From: Candidatus Latescibacterota bacterium
GTDB taxonomy: Bacteria; Latescibacterota; UBA2968; SICM01
Direction: 5' to 3'
NCBI GenBank assembly: GCA_965217865.1
Contig: CBDCJO010000002.1
Span: 128,001 to 192,000, forward strand
DNA length: 64,000 nt
How positions within the stretch are numbered: the first letter of the stretch is position 1; the number at the start of each line of letters is the position of its first letter. Position numbers and translations under genes: made by a program. Below, piece by piece: positions 1-10,648 of this stretch. The notes beneath the pieces are model-generated. The model did not search any database and was not told the origin of the DNA. It was given only the letters and a program-made list of their open reading frames with translations.

Positions 1-870
1 AAAATTCGAGTCAGATCAATTCAAGAACTTAAAAAAATGATGCCCGGCTTAAAGAGAAAATACCCGAAACTTGACATCAACAAAGTCATAGGGCAAGCGG
101 CCTCAGGATTGTCAGAAAAAGAGTATTCTCAAGATCCCTGGTCTGTGTCACTTCAAATCGGAGGAAATCTGGCCGGTCGGTCAATCGTCAAATCGTGTCT
201 TGCGCTTGCGTATGAGGCTGGTCTCCACGTTAAAGACTGCGAACATGCAAAAAGCTATCTTGTGTCGAACGGAGAACCTTGTTTCGGATACTACAATGAA
301 ACGGATGTCGTTACTAACCGTCCCGCAAGAGTATTCTTCCATTGCATTTTCGTCTGCGGTGATCCGTCGTCCAGGCAGATATTAGGTTATGCGGAGTATT
401 TTGGTTATCAAAGAATAGTAGCTTGCCTATCAAGTAACTACGATGGTGATCGATTTTCCTGCTGCTACGCAATTGATCCTGTCACGGGCCGGAAACTAAA
501 TATTGATGTTCACTTGAATTTTACGCCGGAAGATATCAGCGCAATATATGCCTATGAGAAGGTGGGCAATGACAAGACGCGGACGGCCTTATCTTCTTTG
601 CTGAGAACCTGCAGGGAACGCTCGACGAAGGCTTCGATCGCTCATGCCGTCGAAGACGCGATGGAGTTCGCCTCATCGAATTGTGGCGTTCAGCCGGGGG
701 AGATGCTTTCTGACGAACAAGTAGAGAACCTAATTGGCTTGGTGCAGAGTCGACTTGAACCTTTTATGCGTCATCTTTATTTCAGCCGTACATTCAGCCC
801 CGAGGACTTGCAGAACATCGCGATCAAATCGGGATATTTGAGCCGAAGTAATGAGATCAAAGGCGGCTGA
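1..870 (+). CDS. Hypothetical protein, 5' end outside the window (possibly the C-terminal part of an HNH-type nuclease) directly upstream of hsdR
   Basis: Frame is open from base 1 to TGA at 870; lower GC than hsdR; typical accessory-gene position in a type I R-M locus. Confidence 0.5.
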   Translation, partial: KIRVRSIQELKKMMPGLKRKYPKLDINKVIGQAASGLSEKEYSQDPWSVSLQIGGNLAGRSIVKSCLALAYEAGLHVKDCEHAKSYLVSNGEPCFGYYNETDVVTNRPARVFFHCIFVCGDPSSRQILGYAEYFGYQRIVACLSSNYDGDRFSCCYAIDPVTGRKLNIDVHLNFTPEDISAIYAYEKVGNDKTRTALSSLLRTCRERSTKASIAHAVEDAMEFASSNCGVQPGEMLSDEQVENLIGLVQSRLEPFMRHLYFSRTFSPEDLQNIAIKSGYLSRSNEIKGG

Positions 871-908
871 TACACACGGCACATTCGATCTCTTATCGAG
901 GGCAGTGA

Positions 909-3900
909 ATGAACGGCTTGTGTGAATCCACCGTTGAAGACGCCGCCCTTGCTTGGCTGGAGAGAGTCGGCTGGCAGGTCGCGCATGGTCCCGACATCGC
1001 CCCGGATACGCCGGGCGCTGAGCGCTCCGACTATGGGCAAGTAATTCTGGTGCAACGTGTGCGTGATGCACTCGCACGGCTCAACCCCGACCTTCCCGCC
1101 GACGCGCTGGACGACGCCTTCCGTAGGCTAACTCGCCCGGAAGGTTCGACGCTGGAGGCCTGCAACCGCGCCTTTCACAGGATGCTGGTAGAAGGCGTGA
1201 CGGTGGAGTACCGGACCGACGACGGAGCGATACGCGGCGCACAGGCCCGCGTGATCGATTTCGACGATCCTGCCAACAACGACTGGCTTGCGGTCAACCA
1301 GTTCACCGTGGTCGAGAACAAGCACGAGCGCCGCCCGGACGTGGTGCTGTTCGTCAACGGCCTGCCGCTAGGCGTAATCGAGCTCAAGAACCCGGCGGAT
1401 GAGGACGCGACGACCTGGTCCGCTTGGCGGCAGCTCCAGACCTACAAGGCGGAAATTCCCTCGCTGTTCGCCTTCAACGCGGCGCTCGTCGTGTCGGACG
1501 GGCTGGAAGCGCGGATCGGCACGCTTACCGCTGGGCGGGAATGGTTCAAGCCCTGGCGCACGATATCGGGCGAGGCGCTGGCCGATCCGCAGATGCCGCA
1601 ATTGCAGGTGATGCTCGAAGGCGTCTGCGCTCCGGAACGCTTTCCATCGCTGGTTCGCGACTTCATCGTCTTCGAGGATGACGGCGGCCGGACGTTGGTC
1701 AAGAAGATGGCGGGGTATCATCAATTCCACGCCGTTGGCACGGCCGTTGCCGAAACGTTGCGGGCAACCGAGTTGCAACGGGCCACCGGCTTAGGCAAGG
1801 AACCAGGAAGCAACAAGTCGGGCCGTAGGCCGGGCGGCGATCGGGGTGACCGGCGCATCGGCGTGGTCTGGCATACCCAGGGTTCGGGAAAGAGCCTGAC
1901 CATGGCCTTCTATGCCGGGCGAATCATTCGCGAACCGGCGATGGAAAACCCCACTATCGTCGTGTTGACCGACCGAAACGATCTTGACGATCAGCTCTTC
2001 GGTATTTTCGCCCGTTGCCAGGATCTGCTACGGCAACCTCCGGTTCAGGCCGAGAACCGGGCCGACCTGCGCGCCAGGCTTGCGGTCGCATCAGGCGGCG
2101 TGGTGTTTACCACCATCCAGAAGTTCTTCCCCGAAGAGAAGGGAGACCGGCATCCCATCTTATCCGACCGGCGCAACATCGTGGTCATCGCCGACGAGGC
2201 GCACCGCAGTCAGTATGACTTCATTGACGGCTTCGCCCGCCACATGCGCGATGCGCTTCCCAACGCTTCGTTCATCGGTTTCACCGGCACGCCGATAGAG
2301 CTGGAGGATGCCAACACGCGCGCGGTGTTCGGCGATTACATCAGCATCTATGACATCCAGCGCGCGGTCGAGGATGGCGCGACCGTGCCGATCTACTACG
2401 AGAGTCGGCTTGCTCGACTGGTACTGGACGAAAGCGAGAAGCCGAAGATCGATCCCGACTTCGAGGAGGCAACCGAAGGCGAGGAGATCGAACGCAAGGA
2501 GAAACTCAAGACGAAATGGGCACAGCTTGAAGCGATCGTCGGCTCCAGGCACCGCCTTGCGCTGGTCGCCCGGGACATCGTTTCGCATTTCGAGCGGCGC
2601 ATCGAGGCCATGGACGGAAAGGCGATGGTCGTCTGCATGAGCCGGCGCATCTGCATCGACCTCTACCGCGAGTTGGCTCGTTTTCGCCTGAATTGGCATC
2701 ACGAGGACGACGACAAGGGACGAATCAAGGTCGTGATGACCGGTGCCGCCTCCGACCCGCCCGACTGGCAGCCCCATATCCGCAACAAGCCACGCCGCGA
2801 GGCGTTGGCAAACCGGTTCCGCGACGCCGGTGATCCGCTTCAGATCGTGCTCGTACGCGACATGTGGCTGACCGGCTTCGATGCGCCGAGCCTGCATACC
2901 ATGTATGTCGACAAGCCGATGCGTGGCCACGGGCTGATGCAGGCGATCGCGCGGGTGAACCGCGTCTTCCGGGACAAGCCGGGCGGCTTGGTCGTGGATT
3001 ACCTCGGGCTGGCGCATGAGCTCAAACGAGCGCTTGCGACCTACACCGAGAGCGGCGGCACGGGGAAGACCGCACTCGATCAGGCGGAAGCGGTGGCGGT
3101 GATGTCGGAGAAATACGAGATTTGTCGTGGATTGTTCCACGGCTTCGACTATTATCGGTGGATCGACGGGACACCGGCGAGACGTGTCAGCCTGCTGCCG
3201 GCGGCGCAGGAACACATTCTGTCGCAGGAGAACGGCAAGGATCGCTGCCTGCAGGCCGTGCGTGAACTCTCCCAAGCTTTCGCACTTGCTGTACCGCACG
3301 AGGAGGCGCTTCGCATCCGCGACGATGTGGCGTTCTTTCAGGCCGTCCGGTCCGTGCTGGCGAAGAGAGCTGAGGGGGAGATACGTCCTGAGGAAGAACT
3401 AGACTATGCCGTTCGCCAGATCGTCTCAAGGGCGGTTGCACCGGAAGGGGTTATCGACATCTTCGCCGATGCTGGCCTGGAGAAGCCCGATATTTCGATC
3501 CTGTCTGAGGAGTTCCTGGCCGAGGTGCGGGGCATGAAACAGCGCAACCTTGCGGTCGAGTTGTTGCAGAAGCTGTTGAAGGGAGAATTAGCCGTTCGTG
3601 GGCGAAAGAACGTCGTTCAGGCGCGATCCTTCGCCGAGATGCTGGAGCAGACCATCCACCGTTACCAGAACCGCGCCGTTGAGGCCGCGCAAGTCATCGA
3701 GGAATTAATCCAACTCGCCCGCGATATGCGCGAAGCGAACGCGCGCGGCGAGAAGCTCGGGCTGTCGGACGATGAGCTCGCCTTCTACGACGCGCTTGAG
3801 ACCAACGACAGCGCCGTGCAGGTACTCGGAGACGAGACCCTGCGCGAGATTGCTCGCGAATTGGTCGAGACTGTGCGGAACAACGTCACGATCGACTGGA

Positions 3901-4046
3901 CAGTGCGCGAGAACGTTCGTGCCAACCTCCGCCGGTTGGTCAAGCGCATTCTGCGCAAGTACGGATACCCGCCCGACAAACAGGAAAAGGCGACGCAGAC
4001 GGTGCTTGAACAAGCGGCGGTGCTCTCTCTCGGCTGGGCGACTTGA
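909..4046 (+). CDS. hsdR: Type I restriction endonuclease subunit R (EcoR124I-like)
   Basis: [20 protein letters not shown] nuclease motif, WHTQGSGKS Walker [19 protein letters not shown]-terminal YGYPPDKQ. Confidence 0.95.
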   Translation: MNGLCESTVEDAALAWLERVGWQVAHGPDIAPDTPGAERSDYGQVILVQRVRDALARLNPDLPADALDDAFRRLTRPEGSTLEACNRAFHRMLVEGVTVEYRTDDGAIRGAQARVIDFDDPANNDWLAVNQFTVVENKHERRPDVVLFVNGLPLGVIELKNPADEDATTWSAWRQLQTYKAEIPSLFAFNAALVVSDGLEARIGTLTAGREWFKPWRTISGEALADPQMPQLQVMLEGVCAPERFPSLVRDFIVFEDDGGRTLVKKMAGYHQFHAVGTAVAETLRATELQRATGLGKEPGSNKSGRRPGGDRGDRRIGVVWHTQGSGKSLTMAFYAGRIIREPAMENPTIVVLTDRNDLDDQLFGIFARCQDLLRQPPVQAENRADLRARLAVASGGVVFTTIQKFFPEEKGDRHPILSDRRNIVVIADEAHRSQYDFIDGFARHMRDALPNASFIGFTGTPIELEDANTRAVFGDYISIYDIQRAVEDGATVPIYYESRLARLVLDESEKPKIDPDFEEATEGEEIERKEKLKTKWAQLEAIVGSRHRLALVARDIVSHFERRIEAMDGKAMVVCMSRRICIDLYRELARFRLNWHHEDDDKGRIKVVMTGAASDPPDWQPHIRNKPRREALANRFRDAGDPLQIVLVRDMWLTGFDAPSLHTMYVDKPMRGHGLMQAIARVNRVFRDKPGGLVVDYLGLAHELKRALATYTESGGTGKTALDQAEAVAVMSEKYEICRGLFHGFDYYRWIDGTPARRVSLLPAAQEHILSQENGKDRCLQAVRELSQAFALAVPHEEALRIRDDVAFFQAVRSVLAKRAEGEIRPEEELDYAVRQIVSRAVAPEGVIDIFADAGLEKPDISILSEEFLAEVRGMKQRNLAVELLQKLLKGELAVRGRKNVVQARSFAEMLEQTIHRYQNRAVEAAQVIEELIQLARDMREANARGEKLGLSDDELAFYDALETNDSAVQVLGDETLREIARELVETVRNNVTIDWTVRENVRANLRRLVKRILRKYGYPPDKQEKATQTVLEQAAVLSLGWAT

Positions 4047-4299
4047 GCTCGGGCACTGGACCCAGTCGACGCGGATTGGAACGTCCGGACGTTTATTGGA
4101 CTCGACCAAATCGCCGACGCGACTCCCGCCATTGGAAAAGGCTGACCGCATGGGATGGAGCAATGGGTTGAATATCTCCCGTCATTCACCGATCTGACTG
4201 TATTCGAAATTGTATATGTGTGAAGTTGTTCAATTTTCAAGTCATTTTATATCAATACTAGCCATTCGATATACGGAGCTATGACTTTGTTAGCGCGAG

Positions 4300-4720
4300 A
4301 ACCCACGACGGAAGAGTGCTGCGGTTGCTGACGCTGCTGGACGAGTATACACGGGAATGCCTGGCGATCCGAGTGGAACGGAGGCTGGGTAGTCCGGAAG
4401 TGATCGAAACGTTGTCGGACGTAATGCTGTGGCGAGGGATCTCGGAACATTTTCGGTCCAACAACGGCCCGGGAGTTGCGGCAGTGGCTGGGGAAGCTCG
4501 GGACGGGAACGTTATACATCGAACCAGGCAGTCCGTGGGAGAACGGATACTGCGAGAGTTTCAATGAGAAGCTGAGAGACCAATGCCTGAACGGAGAGAT
4601 CTTCTACCCGTTGTAGGAGACCCAGATTGTGATTGAGCAATGGCGCGAGGAACACAACACCCGGAGGCCACACTCGGCGTTGGATTACAGGCCCCCGGCG
4701 CCGTGGGGCCTGTAATCCTG
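4300..4720 (+). pseudogene. IS3-family transposase (integrase core) remnant
   Basis: LRLLTLLDEYTRECLAIRVERRL...RSNNGP, then PGSPWENGYCESFN in another frame; frameshifted. Confidence 0.8.
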
Positions 4721-4794
4721 TTCTAAACCTAGTTTCACAACTCCAAGTGGTAATGTAATATGCCTCACATCTACTGGTGCAAAAACTTCGGTCT

Positions 4795-4974
4795 GGTCAG
4801 GTCGAGGGAAGTGAATGAAGCTTGCTGGCATTTGCGTGATGGGTGCCCTGAGCTCATCGCAACATAGACGGACGATGTACTTCCTGTTGGGCATGCCGAT
4901 CCTCCTCCCACAGCGAACGGATCGGGGAGATAACAAACATTCGGCACGCTCGTTTTAAATGTCAATAGGTACTA
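4795..4974 (-). mobile_element. IS630-family left end and 5' transposase fragment
   Basis: MPNRKYIVRL start; terminus ...GTCAATAGGTACTA ending at TA. Confidence 0.6.
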
Positions 4975-5767
4975 GCGGAGATCTAAAACCCGAGACAACC
5001 ACGAATCGCACCCCCCCACGGGTGCGATTTTTGTGTTCAGTCGAAGGCAGTTACGACCGGTGAAGGTCCCGGGCCAAAATCCTGCCTCGAGGTCCAGACT
5101 GCAAATTCCCCCCAGTTGGAGAAATTCGAATCCCAAAAACGGCTCCTAAGGCCCGATCGCCCGAAGGCGCATCCAACCCCACCCTCCCGGAGTCGGAGAT
5201 GATTACACCGTGCCCATTCCTGTCGGTGTGTGCGCCTTCCAGAGCGAAGGCCGAGGGGGTCCCGGCGCCGTTGACCAGGCGGACGGCTTCGGCCAGGCTG
5301 TTCCACTTTCTCATGTGTTCCATTTTCTCGGCCTTCGCCCTCCATTCCAGGCTGTACCGGTCCTTCATATGGTTTTCGCCTCGACGGTGCGGGCGTAATT
5401 ACGATATATCCTTTCAATACGGCATGTTACGTCTGACGAACAGAGAATGGTTCCGGGGAAAGGATCATATGGGGAGCCATATTCCCATCCGCCAACTTCG
5501 GCGGTCGTCCGTTAACGCCAGACCCCGTGGGGCAACCCCTTCGGGGTCTTGTCGTTTCTGCCGTATTCACAAACGCTTGTGCCATCTTCCCCCCTCTCTG
5601 CAAATTCTCTGTTTCGAAGCGCTCCACCCGGGATTGCAAGCGCAACCGTGGGGGCTGCATCCGTTGAGCAGAGATATCTCCTCCGGATTCTCTGATTCTC
5701 TGTTTTTTCAGTCGGCCTTGTTTAACAGCCCGGTTGCATCCGGACGGCCGGTTTCGACGTTTCGGAA
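4972..5767. repeat. Dispersed repeat, copy 1 (about 800 bp); near-identical to 50945-51728; 3' part also at 63449-63810
   Basis: Direct comparison: both long copies start CTAGCGGAGATCTAAAACCCGAGACAACC and align to ...TTTCGACGTTTCGGAA. Confidence 0.95.
5004..5032 (+). terminator. Intrinsic terminator-like hairpin (also present in repeat copy 2)
   Basis: AATCGCACCC-ccccac-GGGTGCGATT followed by TTT. Confidence 0.55.
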
Positions 5768-6034
5768 CCTGCGAGTATCCCCTTGGAGCCTGACCTCGAC
5801 CCCCTTCCTGACTCGCTCGACGTGACTCTCCCTTGCCTCGCTCATGGCGCAGGGCTTCCCGCGTTTCCGAAACGGCCGCCGTCTCGCCCCTGATTCCGGG
5901 AGCACCCAATAACGAGTAGCCGTCCGAAGAATCTGGGACGTTTGGGCAGAAACGACTTGACATGCCGGCCACACAAGTCGTTCATATTGAAAATGTTAAC
6001 GGCTTGATATCCCCAAGGGAAGGGAGGATTCCGT

Positions 6035-6571
6035 ATGGAAGCCGGCACGGTTCAACAGATTCAGGGGCTCTCCCGGATGACGGTGGGTGAACTGCGGGAG
6101 AAGTACATCAAGGTCTTCGGGGAGGAGACCCGCTCGTACCACAAGGCGTTCCTGCGCAAGCGTATCGCCTGGCGTCTGCAGGCCCTGGCCGAGGGCAGCC
6201 TCTCGGAGCGGGCCCGGCGGCGCGCCGGGGAACTGGCCAACGATGCGGACCTGAGACTGCGCGCCCCGCGGGATCAGAGCATGCCGGGCTCGGCGGCGGA
6301 GCAGGCGCGGACGACGGCCGGTCGCCTCCCGACCTCGCGGGACCGGCGGCTGCCCCTGCCGGGGACGCTTCTGGTGCGCACCTTCCAGGGCCGCGACCTG
6401 GTGGTGCAGGTGCTCGATGACGGCTTCGCGTTCGAGGGACGCCGCTACCGGTCTCTCTCCGCCATCGCCCGGCAGGTCACCGGCAGCCAATGGAACGGCT
6501 TTGCCTTCTTCGGGCTTACCCGGGGAAAGAGGCGGAACCACAGCCGTGGATCCGGAAGGGGCAACGCATGA
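6035..6571 (+). CDS. DUF2924 domain protein
   Basis: LRKRIAWRLQALAEG, PLPGTLLVRTFQG, YRSLSAIARQVTGSQWNGFAFFGL; RBS GGAGG; ATGA overlap with the recombinase. Confidence 0.9.
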   Translation: MEAGTVQQIQGLSRMTVGELREKYIKVFGEETRSYHKAFLRKRIAWRLQALAEGSLSERARRRAGELANDADLRLRAPRDQSMPGSAAEQARTTAGRLPTSRDRRLPLPGTLLVRTFQGRDLVVQVLDDGFAFEGRRYRSLSAIARQVTGSQWNGFAFFGLTRGKRRNHSRGSGRGNA

Positions 6572-7983
6572 GCGGAACCATCCCGGCATCGTCCTCCAAT
6601 GGAATCGGAACCCTCCGCTGCGCCATCTACACGCGCAAGTCCACCGGTGAGGGACTCGAGCAGGCCTTCAACAGCCTGGACGCCCAACGGGAATCGGCCG
6701 AGGCCTGCATCGCCAGCCGGCGGCAGGAGGGCTGGGTCTGCCTTCCCGGACGCTACGACGACGGCGGCTTCACCGGCGGGAACATGGAGCGGCCCGCACT
6801 CGAACGGCTCCTGACCGGCGTCGAGGCCGGCGCGATCGACTGCGTGGTGGTCTACAAGGTGGACCGGCTGAGCCGGTCGCTGCTGGACTTCGCCCGCATC
6901 ATGGAGCGGTTCGACCGGCACGGGGTGAGCTTCGTCTCAGTCACGCAGCAGTTCAACACGACTAGTTCGATGGGGCGGCTCACCTTGAACATCCTGCTGT
7001 CGTTCGCCCAGTTCGAGCGGGAGATCATCTCCGAGCGCACCCGGGACAAGATGTCGGCGGCGCGGCGCAAGGGAAAGTGGGTCGGGGGTCTGCCGGTGCT
7101 GGGGTATGACGTGGCCCCTGGGGGCGGGCGGCTGATCGTCAACGCGGAGGAAGCGGCGCGGGTCCGGGCGATCCATCACCTCTACCTGGACCATAAGGCC
7201 TTGATCCCGGTCGTCCGGGAGATCGACCGCCGCGGGTGGCTCACGAAACGCTGGATCACCCGGAAAGGCATCGAGCGAGGCGGCAAGCCCTTCACGAAGA
7301 ACAGCCTGCACCGGCTGCTGACCAACGTCATCTATGCGGGGAAGGTCCGGTACAAGTGCGCCCTCTATGAGGGGGAACACGACGCCCTGGTTGACGCCGG
7401 CCTGTGGCAGCGGATCCAGGACGCGCTCCGCACGAACGCCCGCACCGGAGGCAGGGAGGTGCGCAACAAATACGAAGCGTTGCTCAAGGGGTTGCTGTCC
7501 TGCACACCGTGCGGGACGGGCATGGCGCACGTCTGTACCGGCAGGAACGGAAAACGCTACCGTTATTACGTCTGCCGGAATGCCCGGCAGCGGGGCCGGT
7601 CGTCGTGTCCGGGCAGGTCCCTCAACGCCCACCAGATCGAAACCGCGGTGGTGGAGCACGTCCGCGGCATCGGGATGAACCAACAGGCCGTGGCGGCCAC
7701 GGTGGCCAAAGCGCGGGAACAGCGGCTGACCGCTCTCCGGGAAGAGGCTCCCGCTCTCGAGCGGGAAGCCGTGGATGAAAGCGACCTGGCCCGGGCCCTG
7801 GCGGTCTTCGACCCGGTCTGGACGGCGCTGGCCCCGCGGGAGCAGGCCCGGAGACTCCGGCTGCTCATCGAGCGGGTCGGCTACGACGGACGGGACGGCA
7901 CGGTGACCGTCACCTTTCGCCCACCCGGCATCGAGACGCTGTGCCGGAAGGCGGGTCTCGACGGACAGGAGGTCATGCGATGA
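6568..7983 (+). CDS. Large serine recombinase (resolvase + recombinase + Zn-ribbon)
   Basis: AIYTRKS catalytic serine motif, VYKVDRLSR, CTPCG...YYVC...C zinc ribbon; ATG at 6568 overlaps the upstream stop. Confidence 0.92.
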   Translation: MSGTIPASSSNGIGTLRCAIYTRKSTGEGLEQAFNSLDAQRESAEACIASRRQEGWVCLPGRYDDGGFTGGNMERPALERLLTGVEAGAIDCVVVYKVDRLSRSLLDFARIMERFDRHGVSFVSVTQQFNTTSSMGRLTLNILLSFAQFEREIISERTRDKMSAARRKGKWVGGLPVLGYDVAPGGGRLIVNAEEAARVRAIHHLYLDHKALIPVVREIDRRGWLTKRWITRKGIERGGKPFTKNSLHRLLTNVIYAGKVRYKCALYEGEHDALVDAGLWQRIQDALRTNARTGGREVRNKYEALLKGLLSCTPCGTGMAHVCTGRNGKRYRYYVCRNARQRGRSSCPGRSLNAHQIETAVVEHVRGIGMNQQAVAATVAKAREQRLTALREEAPALEREAVDESDLARALAVFDPVWTALAPREQARRLRLLIERVGYDGRDGTVTVTFRPPGIETLCRKAGLDGQEVMR

Positions 7984-8450
7984 GCGGTCGCGCATCCGAT
8001 GCGACCCGGGCCGGACCCGGACCCCTGGAAGTATCCTTCACGTTCCAGCCCGGAAACGGCCGGAACAACGGTTGCCGCCACACGGATCAGGACCGGAATG
8101 TCGAGCCGGGGAATATACCTCGCATATCGAGACTGACGGCCCTGGCGATACGGTTCGAGGGGCTGGTCCGGCGGGGCGACGTGTGGGACTATGCGGACCT
8201 GGCGCGCCTCGGCTGCGTGACCCGGGCGAGGATCACGCAGATCATGAACCTGCTCCACCTGGCGCCCGACATTCAGGAAGCGCTCCTGTTCCTGCCGCGC
8301 ACCCTCCGGGGCCGCGATCCGGTTTGCGAGAAGGACGTCCGTCCCATCGCCGCCGTCCCCCACTGGCCCCGCCAGCGCAAAATGTGGGCCACGCTCGCCG
8401 AAGAACGCTTGCCCTGCAGTATTCTGACGGCAATCACCACAAAGGAATAG
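7980..8450 (+). CDS. Small HTH-like protein, third gene of the DUF2924-recombinase cassette
   Basis: YADLARLGCVTRARITQIMNLLHLAPDIQEALL; ATGA overlap. Confidence 0.75.
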   Translation: MSGRASDATRAGPGPLEVSFTFQPGNGRNNGCRHTDQDRNVEPGNIPRISRLTALAIRFEGLVRRGDVWDYADLARLGCVTRARITQIMNLLHLAPDIQEALLFLPRTLRGRDPVCEKDVRPIAAVPHWPRQRKMWATLAEERLPCSILTAITTKE

Positions 8451-8514
8451 CCGGGCCTGCGCAAGTGCGTCTCCAAGGATCCGGATGCTCTCCCGGCTCT
8501 GGCGACTCAGGAAA

Positions 8515-8636
8515 TACGTGCCACGACACACATTATCGCACGCAGCTTCGTCGAGGAGCGACGCTGAACCGGTTGCGTGAAACTCACAGGACCTCCGGTT
8601 CCTCCATCCATTTTGCAGGACGCTCAGGACTTGACC
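8515..8636 (+). mobile_element. IS256 3' remnant with right inverted repeat
   Basis: RSFVEERR codons and TTTTGCAGGACGCTCAGGACTTGACC, matching the end of the IS256 at 45218. Confidence 0.8.
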
Positions 8637-8689
8637 TTTCCCCTGATTTGTCATATGCTCTTCATACCCTTGGCCAGAGGCATCGATGT

Positions 8690-8880
8690 TTCGGAACGTC
8701 CTTCGGTACGTATTCAGCGGAAGCGGCCGTGCGCCCGGAGCCCAAGATCATCGACCTCGGAGCCGGACATTCCAGCGCCGGCGAAACGCTCTGCGGGCGG
8801 ATCATCGGCGCGTTGAAGGCGGAGGCCCTGCTCAACGAGAACGTGGGCACCGGTTACATTGACCGCCATTGGCCGCTCAC
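8690..8880 (+). pseudogene. Internal fragment of a DUF499-family ATPase
   Basis: KIIDLGAGHSSAGETLCGRIIGALKAEALLNENVGTGYIDRHWP. Confidence 0.55.
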
Positions 8881-9095
8881 GAGTCTGGACCCTGCCCTCG
8901 TTCGCTGCGTTGTACGAAAGAGGGCGTGCTGGATCTTTTCATCGGTCCAGCGTTTGCCCTCCGGACCCTGATCGGTCTTCAAAAGGATCCGCGCGTGCCT
9001 CTGCTTCAGAGCTGCTGTCTTGCCTTTGCTGATCCCACGCAGATATGACCGCTCCTCAGCCGTCAGCGTCACGATGTATCTCTTCTTTCGCTCTC
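8880..9095 (-). pseudogene. IS630-family transposase 5' fragment
   Basis: KKRYIVTLTAEER...HARILLKTDQGPEGKRWTDEKI. Confidence 0.75.
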
Positions 9096-9160
9096 CTTGT
9101 TCCTTTTGAGGGGAGCTACGGAGAGTATACGTCTTTTGGCTCCACAACGGAAGATCAACA

Positions 9161-10285
9161 TTGCATGCATCAACACCCCGGCTTGTTGTAATAGACTGCG
9201 AGACCACCGGCCTGGGCCAACATGATCGTATTGTAGAGATCACCGCGCTCACACTCAACCCGCAGACATGGGAACCGGTAGACGAGTACGATACGCTGAT
9301 TAACCCTGAACGCGACGTCGGCCCCGTGGGTCTGCACGGCATCACAGCATCGATGGTCGAGGCAGCGCCCACCTTCTCCGAGGTTGCCGTTGCACTGGCC
9401 CGCCGACTCCATGGTTCGATCCTGATAGCGCACAATCTTTCCTTCGACACCCGAATGCTGGCTTACGAGTTCGACCGGCTCGGAGTGCCTTTCAACGCCG
9501 GCTCAGGTCTGTGCACCTTCAGAGCCACCGGCGAGAAACTCATTGCCGCGTGCCACAAGTTCGGGATCGCGCTGAACGTCCAGCACCGAGCGCTCGCCGA
9601 CGCACGCGCCACCGCTGACCTTGCACGAGAGGTCCTGGCCGACGACGAAGCTGACTCCGAAGCGGCGACGGTCTGTTGCGTCTCCGAGGCCGTCAATCCA
9701 AGGACCTTGCGACGGGAGAGCACGGATGCCGGGATCAGCGAGCTAGCACGCATCGTGTCGCTCGCTTATTACCCAAGATCGGATGAGGTATTACTCCAGT
9801 ACTTTGACGCCCTGGACTGGGTGCTTGACGACAACCATATCAACGATCAGGAACGCGCAGCCATTGAAAAGTTGGCCGTGACTCTCGGCCTTTCCAACGA
9901 GGTTCGCCAGGAGACGCACCTCACCTATCTGGCGTCGATCATCGCTGCCGCCAAACGCGATGGCGTCGTCACCGAAGCCGAGCAACACCTCATCAGTCAG
10001 ATCGCGGACGCGCTGGGATCACTGGAGTGATCATCCCCGAGGCAACAGACCTTCCGAACACGACCAGTCTCCGAGGTGGGATGCGTGTCTGCTTCACCGG
10101 CGAGGCCGTCGTCGAAGAAACCCAAGTCCACAGGTCGAAATTGGAGGAATACACGGCGCTCGTTGGAATGCAGCCCGTCAAGTCGGTCACAAAGAAAGGC
10201 TGCGATTTGCTGGTAGCATTTGACACTTTTAGTCATTCAGGTAAAGACACGTAAGGCGCACAGCTACGGCATTCCAGTGATGGGG
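9161..10285 (+). pseudogene. DEDDh 3'-5' exonuclease (DnaQ-like) + TerB-like + BRCT protein, frameshifted near 10020 and 10248
   Basis: VIDCETTG, AHNLSFD, HRALADA; AKRDGVVTEAE; VCFTGE...SVTKK BRCT motif in a shifted frame. Confidence 0.8.
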
Positions 10286-10317
10286 TGGTGGACTTTCTCA
10301 GTGAGATCGGGCCCGAA

Positions 10318-10511
10318 TACGCTCCCTCGCTTCTTCACGGAGAAAATCTTCCTTATATTCGTTCACGCCGTTCTCATTCGCGTAGTAGCCAGATGGCAGA
10401 ACATCAACATCACGTCCACTGAACTCCCCAGGCTGAAATGGTAGCCGTTGCGTGAAACTCACAGGATCTCCGGTTCACTCCATCCATTTTGCAGAACGAT
10501 CAGGATTGACC
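10318..10511 (+). mobile_element. IS256 3' remnant with right end
   Basis: TLPRFFTEK...RWQNINIT...EMVAVA and terminal TTTTGCAGAACGATCAGGATTGACC, paralogous to the IS256 at 45218-46642. Confidence 0.85.
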
Positions 10512-10648
10512 ATCGCCCTCTTGCGATGTCGCGAGCGGGCCCCAACGGCTCCTGACGACCGTTCCGTTCTACGCGGCATCCACGAACTTTCTTCCGCACT
10601 ATAGTCCAAAAGTTGGCCATTCCCGTAGCGATGAGGTAACTACCCCTC

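Noticed and set aside
5448-5466. tRNA gene on the minus strand
   Set aside because: Only a 19-nt 3'-end-like piece; no D or anticodon arm and no GTTC T-loop can be built
5037-5972. Overlapping ORFs in the dispersed repeat as real genes
   Set aside because: Frames in the core are broken by indels between the three copies; only the 5051-5368 minus frame is shared by two copies and it has no recognisable family
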